This document shows positions 39,256 through 50,999 of a DNA stretch of 64,000 bases, piece after piece. A program made the translations under genes and the position numbers. Source of the stretch: an uncultured bacterium (lineage in GTDB: Bacteria; Fidelibacterota; Marinisomatia; Marinisomatales; UBA1611); the NCBI GenBank assembly GCA_965660855.1, contig CBFIBM010000003.1, positions 64,001 through 128,000 of the forward strand. Direction: 5' to 3'. The notes under the pieces were generated by a model. The model worked only from the letters and a program-made list of their open reading frames with translations. It was not told the DNA's origin and did not search any database. Position 1 is the stretch's first letter, and each line of letters begins with the position of its first letter.

Positions 39256-40123
39256 TAGACTTGGTAAAGGGCTTGAAGCATTGATAAGGTCAGACTCGAG
39301 CAATGATTTGGATAATAAGCTTTATAAAGATTCTCCCCGAAGTGGAGTTTCTAAGATTAAAATAAAAGATATAAAAGCTAATCCTAATCAACCTAGGAGG
39401 CTTTTTGATGATGAGAAACTTAATGAGTTAGTAAGTTCCATAAGAGATAAAGGAATTATAACACCAATAACTGTAAGAAAAATTAAAATAGGCTATGAAC
39501 TTATTGCCGGAGAAAGACGATGGCGAGCATCAAAAAAAGCTAATTTGAAATTAATACCTGCATACATAATTGATGTAAAAAACCAGTCTGACATTATGGA
39601 ATTAGCTCTAATAGAAAATATTCAACGTGAAAATTTAAATCCCATTGAAGAATCAGAGGCATATGAAGTTTTACATAAGAAGTATAAAATGTCACATGAA
39701 TCTATAGCAAATTCAATTGGAAAAGGTAGAGCTTCAATTTCAAACTCCTTGAGATTGTTACAACTTCCTCTTAATATAAGAAATAGTCTGCGTTCTGGGG
39801 AAATTTCATCTGGGCATGCCAGAGCAATATTGCAAGCAAAAACAATAAAAAAAATGAACAAGATTTGGAATAAAATCAAAATAAATAATTTGAGCGTGAG
39901 GCAAGCAGAACAATTAGTGAAAAATGAGATTTTGCCAAAAAAAAATAAGAAAAAATATAAATATGTAGATGCTGAAATCATAAATTTAGAAAATAAACTT
40001 ATTGAATCTCTTGGAACAAAAGTAAAAATAATTCCTGGGAAAAATGGTGGTCGATTTGAAGTTTCTTATTTTTCTAATGATGATTTAATTAGAATCTTTG
40101 ATTTAATTAATAAAGAGAACTAA
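39245..40123 (+). CDS. parB: Chromosome partitioning protein ParB
   Basis: LGKGLEALI, NPNQPR, AGERRWRA, ENIQRENL, HTH. Confidence 0.96.
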   Translation: MSVNRLGKGLEALIRSDSSNDLDNKLYKDSPRSGVSKIKIKDIKANPNQPRRLFDDEKLNELVSSIRDKGIITPITVRKIKIGYELIAGERRWRASKKANLKLIPAYIIDVKNQSDIMELALIENIQRENLNPIEESEAYEVLHKKYKMSHESIANSIGKGRASISNSLRLLQLPLNIRNSLRSGEISSGHARAILQAKTIKKMNKIWNKIKINNLSVRQAEQLVKNEILPKKNKKKYKYVDAEIINLENKLIESLGTKVKIIPGKNGGRFEVSYFSNDDLIRIFDLINKEN

Positions 40124-40125
40124 AC

Positions 40126-40914
40126 TTGTTCAAGCCAAAGAAATATACAGTCATGATTATTCCTGATGATGATTCTAAGTCAAGGACATTTTATATTTCA
40201 AAAAACAAAGCAAAATTAATATTCTCATTTTTTTGCTTTTCTTTTATAATATGCTTGATCTTGATAACTTTCTCAGTTCAAAATATTTCAGACTACAGAA
40301 ATATGAAATCAAAATTCCTTGATTTTTCAGCTGAAAGATTAAAAGTTTTAGAGTTGACTAGGGATTTAGAAAGAATCCAGCAAATGGATGCTTTAATTAG
40401 AAAATCATTAAGTGCATCATTGAAAATTGATTCAATAAAACCTAATTTTGATTCTTTACAAAAAAATTTGAATTCTAACTTAGAAATATCTTACTTAGAG
40501 AATATTCCTTCTTTTCCGCCAATAGAGGGGTATGTAAGCCAAAAATCAGGGGGAGATGGATTTTTTGTTATCAAGAGTCATGATGGTATTGATATAGTTT
40601 CTAAAGAAGGGGAGCCGATCTCCGCAGCAGCTTCTGGAGTTGTTGTCTTTTCTGGTTGGACATATGAATTTGGAAATCAAATTATTTTATATCATGGTAA
40701 TGATTACTTTACTCATTATGGTCATAATCTTCAAAATTTGAAAAATCAGCGTGAATTTGTTAAAAGAGGTGAAACAATTGCACTCGTTGGAAGTACAGGC
40801 ATTTCATCAGGTCCACATTTACACTTTGAGGTTTGGAAAAAATTTGATTCAATGGATCCTCTATTATTTTTCCCAGAATATTCAAATATGGATTTAACTT
40901 CAAGCGATGAGTAA
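40126..40914 (+). CDS. M23-family metallopeptidase with N-terminal TM and coiled coil
   Basis: HDGID, YGH, GPHLHFE zinc motifs. Confidence 0.9.
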   Translation: MFKPKKYTVMIIPDDDSKSRTFYISKNKAKLIFSFFCFSFIICLILITFSVQNISDYRNMKSKFLDFSAERLKVLELTRDLERIQQMDALIRKSLSASLKIDSIKPNFDSLQKNLNSNLEISYLENIPSFPPIEGYVSQKSGGDGFFVIKSHDGIDIVSKEGEPISAAASGVVVFSGWTYEFGNQIILYHGNDYFTHYGHNLQNLKNQREFVKRGETIALVGSTGISSGPHLHFEVWKKFDSMDPLLFFPEYSNMDLTSSDE

Positions 40915-41260
40915 TCTAAATTTTAAAAATATTCAAACAATGATCGGGCCAGATGTTGAAATTAATGGACCAATAAAATTGAAACAAGGTATCATTGTTT
41001 ATGGTAGAGTAAATGGTGATATTATAACGGAAGGGCCAGTTAGAATTTCGGGTGGTGCATTAGTGGATGGCGATATAATTGGTGAGGATATAAAAATAGG
41101 AGGAACCGTTGTTGGAAACATAAATTCAAATGGTCAAGTTGTTTTGGGTTCTCGATGTATTCTGAAAGGTGATATTGTTTATAGAAAGCTTACAATTGAA
41201 GATGGTGCTCAGTTTGAAGGTAAATGTGATCTTTCATATGAAAAGAATTCTAATATTTAG
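40907..41260 (+). CDS. Bactofilin (polymer-forming cytoskeletal protein)
   Basis: TMIG...I.G...G.V.GDI beta-helix repeats; IEDGAQFEGKC. Confidence 0.92.
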   Translation: MSNLNFKNIQTMIGPDVEINGPIKLKQGIIVYGRVNGDIITEGPVRISGGALVDGDIIGEDIKIGGTVVGNINSNGQVVLGSRCILKGDIVYRKLTIEDGAQFEGKCDLSYEKNSNI

Positions 41261-41294
41261 GTGCTCGACTATTTCTGATAAAAATAAAAATTCA

Positions 41295-41531
41295 ATGTTT
41301 ACGATGATAAAGCTAGCTACATCATTTCAAAAAATCGTACATCAATCAGGCCCTGCTGCCTCTGCATCCTATTCATTAATTGGCTCCATTTTGATATTTA
41401 CTTTTCTTGGTAGGTATATTGATACAAAATATGATTCCGAACCAACTTTTACAATATCAGGACTTTCATTTGGACTAATGGTTGGGTTCTATGGATTATT
41501 TAAAGTTTTTTATTTGAAAAAAAAAAGATAA
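41295..41531 (+). CDS. AtpZ/AtpI-family small membrane protein
   Basis: LG.YID..YDSEP.F.I.GL..G...GFY pattern; first gene before atpB; start 41295 or 41304. Confidence 0.75.
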   Translation: MFTMIKLATSFQKIVHQSGPAASASYSLIGSILIFTFLGRYIDTKYDSEPTFTISGLSFGLMVGFYGLFKVFYLKKKR

Positions 41532-41683
41532 TAAAGAAAATTTTTCCAAAAATTAATTTTATTCTTTTAATAGCCTGATATAGTGATGTATTTTTTGCGG
41601 CTTTTTAAAGTTGTTTTTTTTTAAAAATCTAGTAAATCAAATTTCATTATTAATTAAAAAATTAAAGTGTTAAGCAAATTTAA

Positions 41684-42637
41684 ATGAGTGCCCTAGCCGC
41701 AGCTGAACATTCAAATTCCAGCGTTATGGATCAAGTCGGTCCTAATATTATTCATCATGTCTCTAACACGTTTAGTGAAACAGATGCTTTCCACCCCATT
41801 ATTTCATTGCCTACCGTTTTTGGTGTTAATTTATCTGTTTCAAAGCATGTTTTGATGCTCTGGATAGTTTCTTTTTTACTTGTTCTTACCATAATATTAC
41901 CCGTTCGTAAATTTATACGCAGTAAAAAAAGAGTTCCTTCAGGTTGGGTAAATGCAATTGAAGCAATTGCTAAATTTATTCGTGATGCAATAGCTCTACC
42001 TAATATAGGAGAAAAGTGGATTTTGACTTGGGCTCCTCTCTTAATGACTTTTTTCTTCTTTATATTATACTCGAATGGAATAGGCATGGTGCCAATTTTT
42101 GATGTTCTAGGACTAATAAACAGGTTTGTAATAGGCGTTCCTCCAGATGCCCATGGTACTCATTCAGGTAATCTAATAAATGATATGTTGCACGGTGGTG
42201 TTACAGCAACAGGAAATTTCAATGTAACTGGAGCTCTGGCTACTGTTACATTTTTTGCTATCATTATAGCTGGAACTTTAGCTCATGGATTTCTACAGCA
42301 CTTGAAAAATTTAGTACCACATGGACTACCTATTCCAGTTTATTTTTTACTAATACCCATCGAAATTATGGGTTTATTTGTTAAGCCTTTTGCATTGACA
42401 ATGAGGTTAGCTGCTAATATGACAGGTGGTCATGTTGCTCTACTTGCATTGCTATCTCTGATGGCTATTTTTGGAGAATTGTTTGGCACTTCGGTAGGTA
42501 TTGGTGTTGCATCTATTGCTATACCCATGGCTGTGGCTGTGGCTGCCTTGGAAATTATTGTTGTGCTTGTTCAGGCATATGTTTTTACTTTATTAACTGC
42601 CGTATTTATAGGTATGGCAATTCATGTACATCATTAA
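41684..42637 (+). CDS. atpB: ATP synthase F0 subunit a
   Basis: KPFALTMRLAANM, LVQAYVFTLL. Confidence 0.96.
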   Translation: MSALAAAEHSNSSVMDQVGPNIIHHVSNTFSETDAFHPIISLPTVFGVNLSVSKHVLMLWIVSFLLVLTIILPVRKFIRSKKRVPSGWVNAIEAIAKFIRDAIALPNIGEKWILTWAPLLMTFFFFILYSNGIGMVPIFDVLGLINRFVIGVPPDAHGTHSGNLINDMLHGGVTATGNFNVTGALATVTFFAIIIAGTLAHGFLQHLKNLVPHGLPIPVYFLLIPIEIMGLFVKPFALTMRLAANMTGGHVALLALLSLMAIFGELFGTSVGIGVASIAIPMAVAVAALEIIVVLVQAYVFTLLTAVFIGMAIHVHH

Positions 42638-42659
42638 ATAAAAAAAAAGGAAAAAAATA

Positions 42660-42875
42660 ATGGACTCAACATTACTAATACCTCTTGGAATGGGATTAAT
42701 TGTTTTAGGAGCAGGAATGGGAATTGGAAAATTTACTTCAGCAGCAGCAGAGAGTATTGCTCGCCAACCTGAAGCTGCAGATAAAATTACTGGAGCTATT
42801 AATCTACCTTTATTCTTATTAGAGGGTGTTGCTATTTTAGCTGAGGTATTCACTTTCTTAATGCTTATTCTTTAA
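42660..42875 (+). CDS. atpE: ATP synthase F0 subunit c
   Basis: GAGMGIG, RQPE loop, carboxylate E55. Confidence 0.95.
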   Translation: MDSTLLIPLGMGLIVLGAGMGIGKFTSAAAESIARQPEAADKITGAINLPLFLLEGVAILAEVFTFLMLIL

Positions 42876-42889
42876 ACAACAGATTAATT

Positions 42890-43465
42890 ATGAGCCAATT
42901 AAGAGTAGTGCCTGGTGGTGAAAACCTCCATGGAACCACCCATGGACATGGGGGGTCTGAGCCACCAAATCCTTTAGTTCAGTTAGATCCAGGTTTATTT
43001 TTTTGGACCATTCTCACCTTTGTCACTCTTAGTTTTGTACTTGCGAAGTTTGCATGGAAGCCATTACTTACTGCGTTAAAAGAAAGGGAAGATCAGATAA
43101 ATAAATCATTAGGTGATGCAGATAAGGCTAAGTTGGAGCTTGAAAAAATAAATACTCAATCAGAAGAAATTATTTTAAAAGCTAAAGAAAATGCGTCGGA
43201 AATTCAATCAGAAGCGAAATTAATGGCAGAAAAAGTAAAATCTGATATTCTCGAAAAAGCTAATGAAGAAACGAAAATCTTAAGGGATAAAGCTGAAAAA
43301 CAAATCAATATTGAAAAGGATAAAGCCCTAAACGATATAAGGAAAGAAGTAGTTGGTTTGTCAATGGTGGTTGCTGAAAAATTAATTAAAAAGAACTTGT
43401 CAGAAAATGATAATGAAAAATTAATTAATGAAACACTAAAAGGCTTGAAAGGATATGAAGCTTAG
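42890..43465 (+). CDS. atpF: ATP synthase F0 subunit b
   Basis: PGLFFWT...KFAWKPLL..L.ERE followed by coiled coil. Confidence 0.94.
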   Translation: MSQLRVVPGGENLHGTTHGHGGSEPPNPLVQLDPGLFFWTILTFVTLSFVLAKFAWKPLLTALKEREDQINKSLGDADKAKLELEKINTQSEEIILKAKENASEIQSEAKLMAEKVKSDILEKANEETKILRDKAEKQINIEKDKALNDIRKEVVGLSMVVAEKLIKKNLSENDNEKLINETLKGLKGYEA

Positions 43466-43994
43466 AAAACCAGAAAAAGTACTCTCTCAAATATTATTTG
43501 ATATTTCTTTTAAAGATCAAATGCAGGACAAAATGCTTTCAGATTTATCCTATTTGATTAAGGTAATCCAAAATGAAAATCAAATGAAATCTTTCATTCA
43601 ATCAAAAAAGATATCAAATGATCAAAAACTAGATATATTGAAACTAGTTTTTAAAGATAGTATCAATGCAGTACTTATTGAAGTTATATCGTTACTGTCA
43701 GGGCCAGACTCAATTAAAGTACTTAACAGTATTAACAAATACTACGTGGAGAGATACAAAAAAGAAAATAATATAGCAGATGTAAAAATAGTTGTTGCGA
43801 AAAAGCTCCGCACCCCGCAAATGAAAATTCTTGAATCGTCCATTAGTAAGTCATTAGGTAAAAATATAGCTTTATCAGTCGAGGTCGATGAGAAGATTAT
43901 AGGAGGTATGAAACTTCGAGTTGAAGATACTTTTATAGACGGATCAATTATTAATCAATTACAGAGCCTCAAAACAGAGCTCTTACAAATTTGA
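43455..43994 (+). CDS. atpH: ATP synthase F1 subunit delta
   Basis: VDEKIIGGMKLRVEDTFIDGSI; operon position. Confidence 0.9.
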   Translation: MKLRKPEKVLSQILFDISFKDQMQDKMLSDLSYLIKVIQNENQMKSFIQSKKISNDQKLDILKLVFKDSINAVLIEVISLLSGPDSIKVLNSINKYYVERYKKENNIADVKIVVAKKLRTPQMKILESSISKSLGKNIALSVEVDEKIIGGMKLRVEDTFIDGSIINQLQSLKTELLQI

Positions 43995-44007
43995 TAAATA
44001 GGATATT

Positions 44008-45534
44008 ATGGAAATTAAAACAGATCAATTAACAAAAATTCTTCGTCAACAGATTGAAAAATTTGATGGTAATACTGACGTAACAGAGGTTGGAGAAGTT
44101 ATCGAGGTTGGAGATGGTGTTGCTCGAGTTTCAGGACTCGAAAACGTCATGAGTTCTGAATTAGTCGAGCTACAAAAAGATATTTTTGGAATGGCTCTAA
44201 ATCTAGAAGAAGATAATGTAGGTCTCGTTCTCTTTGGAGAAACTAGACATGTAAAAGAAGGTGATATTGCCAAAAGAACTGGTCGTGTGGTGGAAGTACC
44301 TGTTGGTGAAGAAATGCTGGGAAGAGTTGTTAATCCTCTCGGGCAACCAATTGATGGTAAAGGTGCGATAAATGCAAAAGCAACTTTGCCAATTGAGAGA
44401 AAGGCATTAGGTGTTATGGAAAGGCAACCAGTTACAGAGCCTCTCCAGACAGGTATCAAAGCTGTTGATAGCATGATTCCAATTGGAAGAGGACAAAGAG
44501 AGCTCATTATTGGTGATCGTCAAACTGGTAAAACAGCTGTTGCAATTGATGCAATCATTAATCAAGCTTACACACACAAAACTGACTCTCCAGTTTTTTG
44601 TATTTATGTTGCAATTGGCCAAAAAGCATCCACTGTAGCTGCATTAGTTCAAGAATTAGAAGCTAATGGAGCTATGGAGTACACTACGGTTGTGGCTGCA
44701 AATGCATCTGATCCAGCACCAATGCAATATATTGCACCATACTCAGGTAGTGCAATGGGTGAATATTTTAGAGATAATGGTAAGCATGGTCTCATAGTTT
44801 TTGATGATTTATCAAAACAAGCAGTAGCTTACAGGCAAATGTCCCTTGTTTTAAGAAGGCCGCCAGGAAGAGAAGCTTTCCCAGGAGATGTTTTTTATCT
44901 TCATAGCCGTTTACTTGAAAGAGCCTCAAAACTATCTGATGATTTAGGAGGCGGATCCTTGACGGCATTGCCAATAATTGAAACGCAAGAAGGCGACGTA
45001 TCTGCATATATCCCTACTAATGTAATTTCTATTACTGATGGGCAAATATATCTTGAAACTAATATTTTTAATTCAGGAATAAGACCTGCCATTGATGTTG
45101 GTCTTTCAGTTTCAAGAGTTGGTGGAAATGCTCAAATTAAAGCAATGAAATCTGTAGCTGGTACATTAAGATTAGACTTAGCTCAATTTAGAGAATTGGA
45201 AGCATTTGCAAAATTTGGTTCAGATTTAGATAAAGCTACACTTGCGCAGTTGACTCGTGGAGAAAGAATGGTGGAAATTTTAAAACAAAATCAATATGTT
45301 CCAATGAGTGTTGAGAAACAAGTTGCGATAATTTTTGCTGCTTCAAAAGGATATTTAGATGATTTAGATATAAGTCAGGTGGCTGATTTTGAGTCTAATC
45401 TTTTTGACTATCTTGATGCAAATTCTAAAGATATTTTAGATGAGATTGTGAAAGAAGGAAAAATTTCTAATGAATTAGAGAATGAGCTCAATTCTTCAAT
45501 TGAAAAATTTAAGTCTGGATTTCAAACAGCTTAA
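44008..45534 (+). CDS. atpA: ATP synthase F1 subunit alpha
   Basis: [30 protein letters not shown]. Confidence 0.98.
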   Translation: MEIKTDQLTKILRQQIEKFDGNTDVTEVGEVIEVGDGVARVSGLENVMSSELVELQKDIFGMALNLEEDNVGLVLFGETRHVKEGDIAKRTGRVVEVPVGEEMLGRVVNPLGQPIDGKGAINAKATLPIERKALGVMERQPVTEPLQTGIKAVDSMIPIGRGQRELIIGDRQTGKTAVAIDAIINQAYTHKTDSPVFCIYVAIGQKASTVAALVQELEANGAMEYTTVVAANASDPAPMQYIAPYSGSAMGEYFRDNGKHGLIVFDDLSKQAVAYRQMSLVLRRPPGREAFPGDVFYLHSRLLERASKLSDDLGGGSLTALPIIETQEGDVSAYIPTNVISITDGQIYLETNIFNSGIRPAIDVGLSVSRVGGNAQIKAMKSVAGTLRLDLAQFRELEAFAKFGSDLDKATLAQLTRGERMVEILKQNQYVPMSVEKQVAIIFAASKGYLDDLDISQVADFESNLFDYLDANSKDILDEIVKEGKISNELENELNSSIEKFKSGFQTA

Positions 45535-46385
45535 TGGCAAACTTAAAAGACATAAGAGATCGCATAAAATCGGTCAAAAGTATACAAAAAGTTACAAAGG
45601 CAATGAAAATGGTTGCTGCAGCTAAAATGCGAAAGGCGCAAGATCGAATGGAGTTAGCTAGACCATATAGTAATTCTTTAACGGATGTCATAAAAAATCT
45701 CATACCTGAAGTTGATAGAAGTTTGCTGCCTTTATTGAGTAAGAGAGATATTAAGAGAAAAGCATATATCATTGTTTCTGCTGATAGAGGCCTTGCTGGA
45801 GCTTTTAATACAAATGTTCTGAAGGTAGCCCAAAAAGAAATAGATGATTTTGGTAAAGATAATGTAGACTTATTTTGTATAGGTAAAAAATCTATTGACC
45901 ATTTCAAAAAAAGAAATTATAACATTGTGGAAAGCCATGCTGATTTCTGGTCTGAAATGGAATTTGAATCTGCAGTTTCCATAGGTCGTGATATTGTTGA
46001 ACATTTTACAAATTTAAAGGTTGATGAAGTCCACGTAGTGTACAATTATTTTATAAATGTTGCTCAACAGGAAGTAATATCAGAAACATTACTCCCACTT
46101 GATTACGATGATAATACAGAAACTCTTAGTGACAAGCTTTACGAGCCATCAAAAGAAGATATAATAAAATCTTTGATTCCAAGACACCTAAATGTTCAAA
46201 TGTGGAAATATTTATTAGAATCATATGCAAGTGAGCAGGCTGCTAGGATGCTTTCTATGGAGAATGCGACTACAAATGCAGAGGATATGATAAAAGAATT
46301 AACATTAGAATTTAACAAAGCTAGACAGGCTGCAATTACTACTGAAATGTTAGAAATCGTTGGTGGTGCTGAAGCTCTAGGATAA
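45534..46385 (+). CDS. atpG: ATP synthase F1 subunit gamma
   Basis: KVTKAMKMVAAAK, DRGLAGAFN, RQAAITTE. Confidence 0.97.
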   Translation: MANLKDIRDRIKSVKSIQKVTKAMKMVAAAKMRKAQDRMELARPYSNSLTDVIKNLIPEVDRSLLPLLSKRDIKRKAYIIVSADRGLAGAFNTNVLKVAQKEIDDFGKDNVDLFCIGKKSIDHFKKRNYNIVESHADFWSEMEFESAVSIGRDIVEHFTNLKVDEVHVVYNYFINVAQQEVISETLLPLDYDDNTETLSDKLYEPSKEDIIKSLIPRHLNVQMWKYLLESYASEQAARMLSMENATTNAEDMIKELTLEFNKARQAAITTEMLEIVGGAEALG

Positions 46386-46390
46386 AATAA

Positions 46391-47802
<1,412 letters not shown>

Positions 47803-47803
<1 letters not shown>

Positions 47804-48201
47804 TGACTGATTTTTGTGTAGATATTGTTACCCCAACTAAGAATTTAAATTTAAAAAATATTACTTATTTACGTTGTCCTGGTTTGGATGGTGCTTTTGG
47901 TGTGTTGCCAAATCATCAAGAAGGTATATTTGCATTAGGTGTAGGTGAGCTAAAAGTAATAAAAAATGGAGAGAGTAATTATTTTTCAGTAGGAGGAGGT
48001 TTTGCAGAGATTATTTCTAATAAAATAAAGCTCTTAGTTGAATCTGTAGAATCTTCATCTGAAATAGATTCTGAAAGAGCAAACAATGCGTTAAGTAGAG
48101 CAACTGAAAGAAAGTCTAAGTTAAAATCTAATTATGACCAAAGTCGTGTTAATGCCTCTCTAATGAGAGCAATGAACAGATTAAAGGTCTCAAATAGATG
48201 A
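47803..48201 (+). CDS. atpC: ATP synthase F1 subunit epsilon
   Basis: IVTP, G.FGVLPNH, GGFAEI, C-terminal helices. Confidence 0.93.
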
Positions 48202-48225
48202 AAATATTTCATATAAAAAAATAAT

Positions 48226-48260
48226 AAAACCGCTTGTAATTTAAATAGCGGTTTTTTTTT
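48226..48260 (+). terminator. Intrinsic terminator after the atp operon
   Basis: AAAACCGCT...AGCGGTTTTTTTTT. Confidence 0.75.
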
Positions 48261-48279
48261 ACTAGTTATTGGATAAATA

Positions 48280-50037
48280 ATGTATAAAAGCACTCATAAA
48301 TGCGGAAATATTGACATAGAAGATTTAGGAAATCAGGTTTTTTTAAATGGGTGGATTCATTCAATTAGATTACATGGTCAAGTAGTTTTTATTGATTTAA
48401 GAGATAGATATGGATTAATTCAATTAGTTTTTGATTCAACTTTAATTCCCGATAGTTTTGAGTTTGTAAAAAAATTATCGATGGAAGATGTATTATCAAT
48501 TAAAGGAAATGTGAGAAAAAGGGAAGTCCCCGCAACAAACAAGAATCTTAAAACTGGTAAAATCGAAATATTAATTGAAAATTATAAATTACTCAACAAA
48601 GCTAAGACGCTTCCTTTTGTTCTCTCTGACAGATCTAGTTCCGAAGAGAATCTAAGATTAAAATATAGATACTTAGAATTACGAATGGATGAACTGCAAA
48701 AAAACATCTTATTAAGGCATAAAACTTATCAAGAAACTAGAAATTTTTTGTCACATAATAGCTTTGTTGAGGTAGAAACACCAATTCTAATGAAGTCAAC
48801 CCCTGAAGGTGCAAGAGATTATTTAGTTCCAAGTCGAATTCAGAAAGGAAAATTTTATGCTCTACCACAGTCCCCACAACTTTACAAACAAATTTTGATG
48901 ATTGCGGGATATGATCGTTACTTTCAAATTGTAAAATGTTTTAGAGATGAGGATCTAAGAGCAGATAGGCAGCCAGAGTTCACCCAAATTGATATAGAAA
49001 TGTCTTTTGTTGATGAGTCTGATATTTTTAAACATATTGAGCAATTGGTAAAACATATATTTAAAAAAGTTAGAAATATTAATTTAAATGATAATTTTCC
49101 TAAGTTGACCTACCTTGAATCATTAGAAAAATACGGAACAGACAAGCCTGACTTAAGATATGGACTAGAGATTCTTGATTTAAAACCCTTTACTGATCCA
49201 TCTAATTTTAATGTTTTTAAAAATTGTGAAGTTGTTAAGGGCTTAATTGTAAAAAATGGAGCAAAATATTCTAGGAAAGATATAGATAAGTATACCGACC
49301 ATGTGAAAAAGTATAAAGCAAAAGGTTTAGCTTGGATGAAATCGGAAATGGGTGACCTAACTGGTGGAATTTCGAAATTTTTTTCAAAAGAATTGAAAAA
49401 AAATATTGTTGAAACGTTTGATATAAAAAACAGTGATATTATTTTTTTAATTGGCGATAAAAGGAATATCACTTTAAATGCTCTGGGTCACCTTAGAACA
49501 TTCATAGCTAAAATCGAGGGACTTCCTAAAAAAGATGACTTTAAACCAGTTTGGATAACTGAATTCCCTATGTTTGATTATGACTTAAATGAAAATAGAT
49601 TCATTGCTATGCATCACCCATTTACGGCACCAAAAAAAACTGATATTAAATTACTAGATACTGGACCTTCTAAAGTAATGAGCCGTGGCTATGATTTGGT
49701 AATGAATGGCTATGAGATTGCAGGCGGATCGATTCGAATTCATAAACCTGATTTACAAGAAAAGGTTTTTAAATTACTAGGTCTAGGAAATAATGAAATT
49801 AATGAAAAATTTGGATTTTTAGTTGAAGCTTTAAATTATGGTGCTCCACCACATGGTGGAATAGCTTTTGGGTTTGATCGTTTGGTTATGTTACTAGCAG
49901 GAACTGAAAATATTCGTGATGTAATTGCATTCCCTAAAACTACTTCGGCAACTTCTCTTATGGACCAGAGCCCTAACAGCGTCAGAGAAGCACAATTAAA
50001 TGATTTAGGGATTAAAATAAAAGAGAACAATTCTTAA
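48280..50037 (+). CDS. aspS: Aspartate--tRNA ligase
   Basis: STPEGARDYLVPSR, LPQSPQ, FRDEDLRADRQPEFTQ, PPHGGIAFG. Confidence 0.97.
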   Translation: MYKSTHKCGNIDIEDLGNQVFLNGWIHSIRLHGQVVFIDLRDRYGLIQLVFDSTLIPDSFEFVKKLSMEDVLSIKGNVRKREVPATNKNLKTGKIEILIENYKLLNKAKTLPFVLSDRSSSEENLRLKYRYLELRMDELQKNILLRHKTYQETRNFLSHNSFVEVETPILMKSTPEGARDYLVPSRIQKGKFYALPQSPQLYKQILMIAGYDRYFQIVKCFRDEDLRADRQPEFTQIDIEMSFVDESDIFKHIEQLVKHIFKKVRNINLNDNFPKLTYLESLEKYGTDKPDLRYGLEILDLKPFTDPSNFNVFKNCEVVKGLIVKNGAKYSRKDIDKYTDHVKKYKAKGLAWMKSEMGDLTGGISKFFSKELKKNIVETFDIKNSDIIFLIGDKRNITLNALGHLRTFIAKIEGLPKKDDFKPVWITEFPMFDYDLNENRFIAMHHPFTAPKKTDIKLLDTGPSKVMSRGYDLVMNGYEIAGGSIRIHKPDLQEKVFKLLGLGNNEINEKFGFLVEALNYGAPPHGGIAFGFDRLVMLLAGTENIRDVIAFPKTTSATSLMDQSPNSVREAQLNDLGIKIKENNS

Positions 50038-50066
50038 TTTTTTATTATAAAACTATTTAAAGATTA

Positions 50067-50687
50067 TTAGTATAGAATTTTCTTAATCTCATTAATATTT
50101 TGTTTTAAACACATATCGATGGTTTTTTGTAATTCTAGACCATTATACCAAGATGAATTTGACCAAACAATTTTCCCTGAATCATTATCTCTTAAATTAA
50201 ATACTAAGCTGACTCTACTTTCAGTGTATTCAATTCTACTACTTTCGATAACATTACCAGAATGTGTTTTAGTTGTAGACGAAGATATCATTTCAGATTT
50301 TTCATTTTTACCGTTCTGTTCTGCTGATTGGTTTATAGTTGTTTCAACATATCCTCTGTCTTCATTTCTATATGGTAAGATTATTCTATCTGATTCTTTA
50401 TATTGAGTGATTAGGCAAGATAGTAAAAGGATATTCTCTTTCGTATCATTTATTACAACAGATTTATCAATTTTTTGATGTAATTCAAATTCATACCTTA
50501 AAAAATTATGAATCAAACTAGACTCAACCATTTCTCCAGACCCTGAAATATCCCTAAAGTCTTTTATGGGTAGAATTTTTATTGATTTCACATTTTTAAA
50601 ATTATATGAATTACTTATAGCAGGATTATTATAGCAAGATATAGAAAAAATTAGAAGTATAAACTCTACTTTTTTTATCATAATCAA
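50067..50687 (-). CDS. Hypothetical lipoprotein (CsgG/DUF799-like fold possible)
   Basis: SIS-C lipobox; I.ILP..D....SG.G..V...L and SGKIVW patterns. Confidence 0.5.
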   Translation of the reverse strand: MIMIKKVEFILLIFSISCYNNPAISNSYNFKNVKSIKILPIKDFRDISGSGEMVESSLIHNFLRYEFELHQKIDKSVVINDTKENILLLSCLITQYKESDRIILPYRNEDRGYVETTINQSAEQNGKNEKSEMISSSTTKTHSGNVIESSRIEYTESRVSLVFNLRDNDSGKIVWSNSSWYNGLELQKTIDMCLKQNINEIKKILY

Positions 50688-50995
50688 TCAATTAAAAGGT
50701 TTTTTAAATGATTTTTAGATTCTTCTATAAGTTTTTGTTCTCCTTTAGAATATTTTAGACAATTTTTCCATGATTGAATAGCTTTTTTATTATTTCCAAG
50801 AGTTTCATGTAAGAGACCTTCAATTTTATATATTTGGGGATCAGTTGGATTTTTTATTTTTGATTCAGATAGATGTACTAAAGCCTCTTCGTACATTCCA
50901 GATTTCAAGGCTAATGAGGCATTGACTAGATGATCATTTTGGTATCCATTAAGAAAACTTAAAATAATCATAATTAATAATAATAAATTATTCAT
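50684..50995 (-). CDS. Small TPR-repeat protein with signal peptide
   Basis: G.YEEAL......NP.DP..Y...G......G...KA...W TPR pattern; ATG 50995 preferred over 51067. Confidence 0.7.
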   Translation of the reverse strand: MNNLLLLIMIILSFLNGYQNDHLVNASLALKSGMYEEALVHLSESKIKNPTDPQIYKIEGLLHETLGNNKKAIQSWKNCLKYSKGEQKLIEESKNHLKNLLID

Positions 50996-50999
50996 AGTG

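Noticed and set aside
39619..39634. parS-like word inside parB
   Set aside because: About 11/16 match and explained by codons of the conserved NIQREN motif.
41169..41294. N-terminal extension of the AtpZ/AtpI ORF in the track
   Set aside because: Overlaps bactofilin by about 90 nt; the family-like sequence begins near ATG 41295/41304.
42660..42875. Na+-coupled ATP synthase
   Set aside because: The c subunit lacks the Gln and Glu-Ser/Thr Na+-binding signature (it has E-G).
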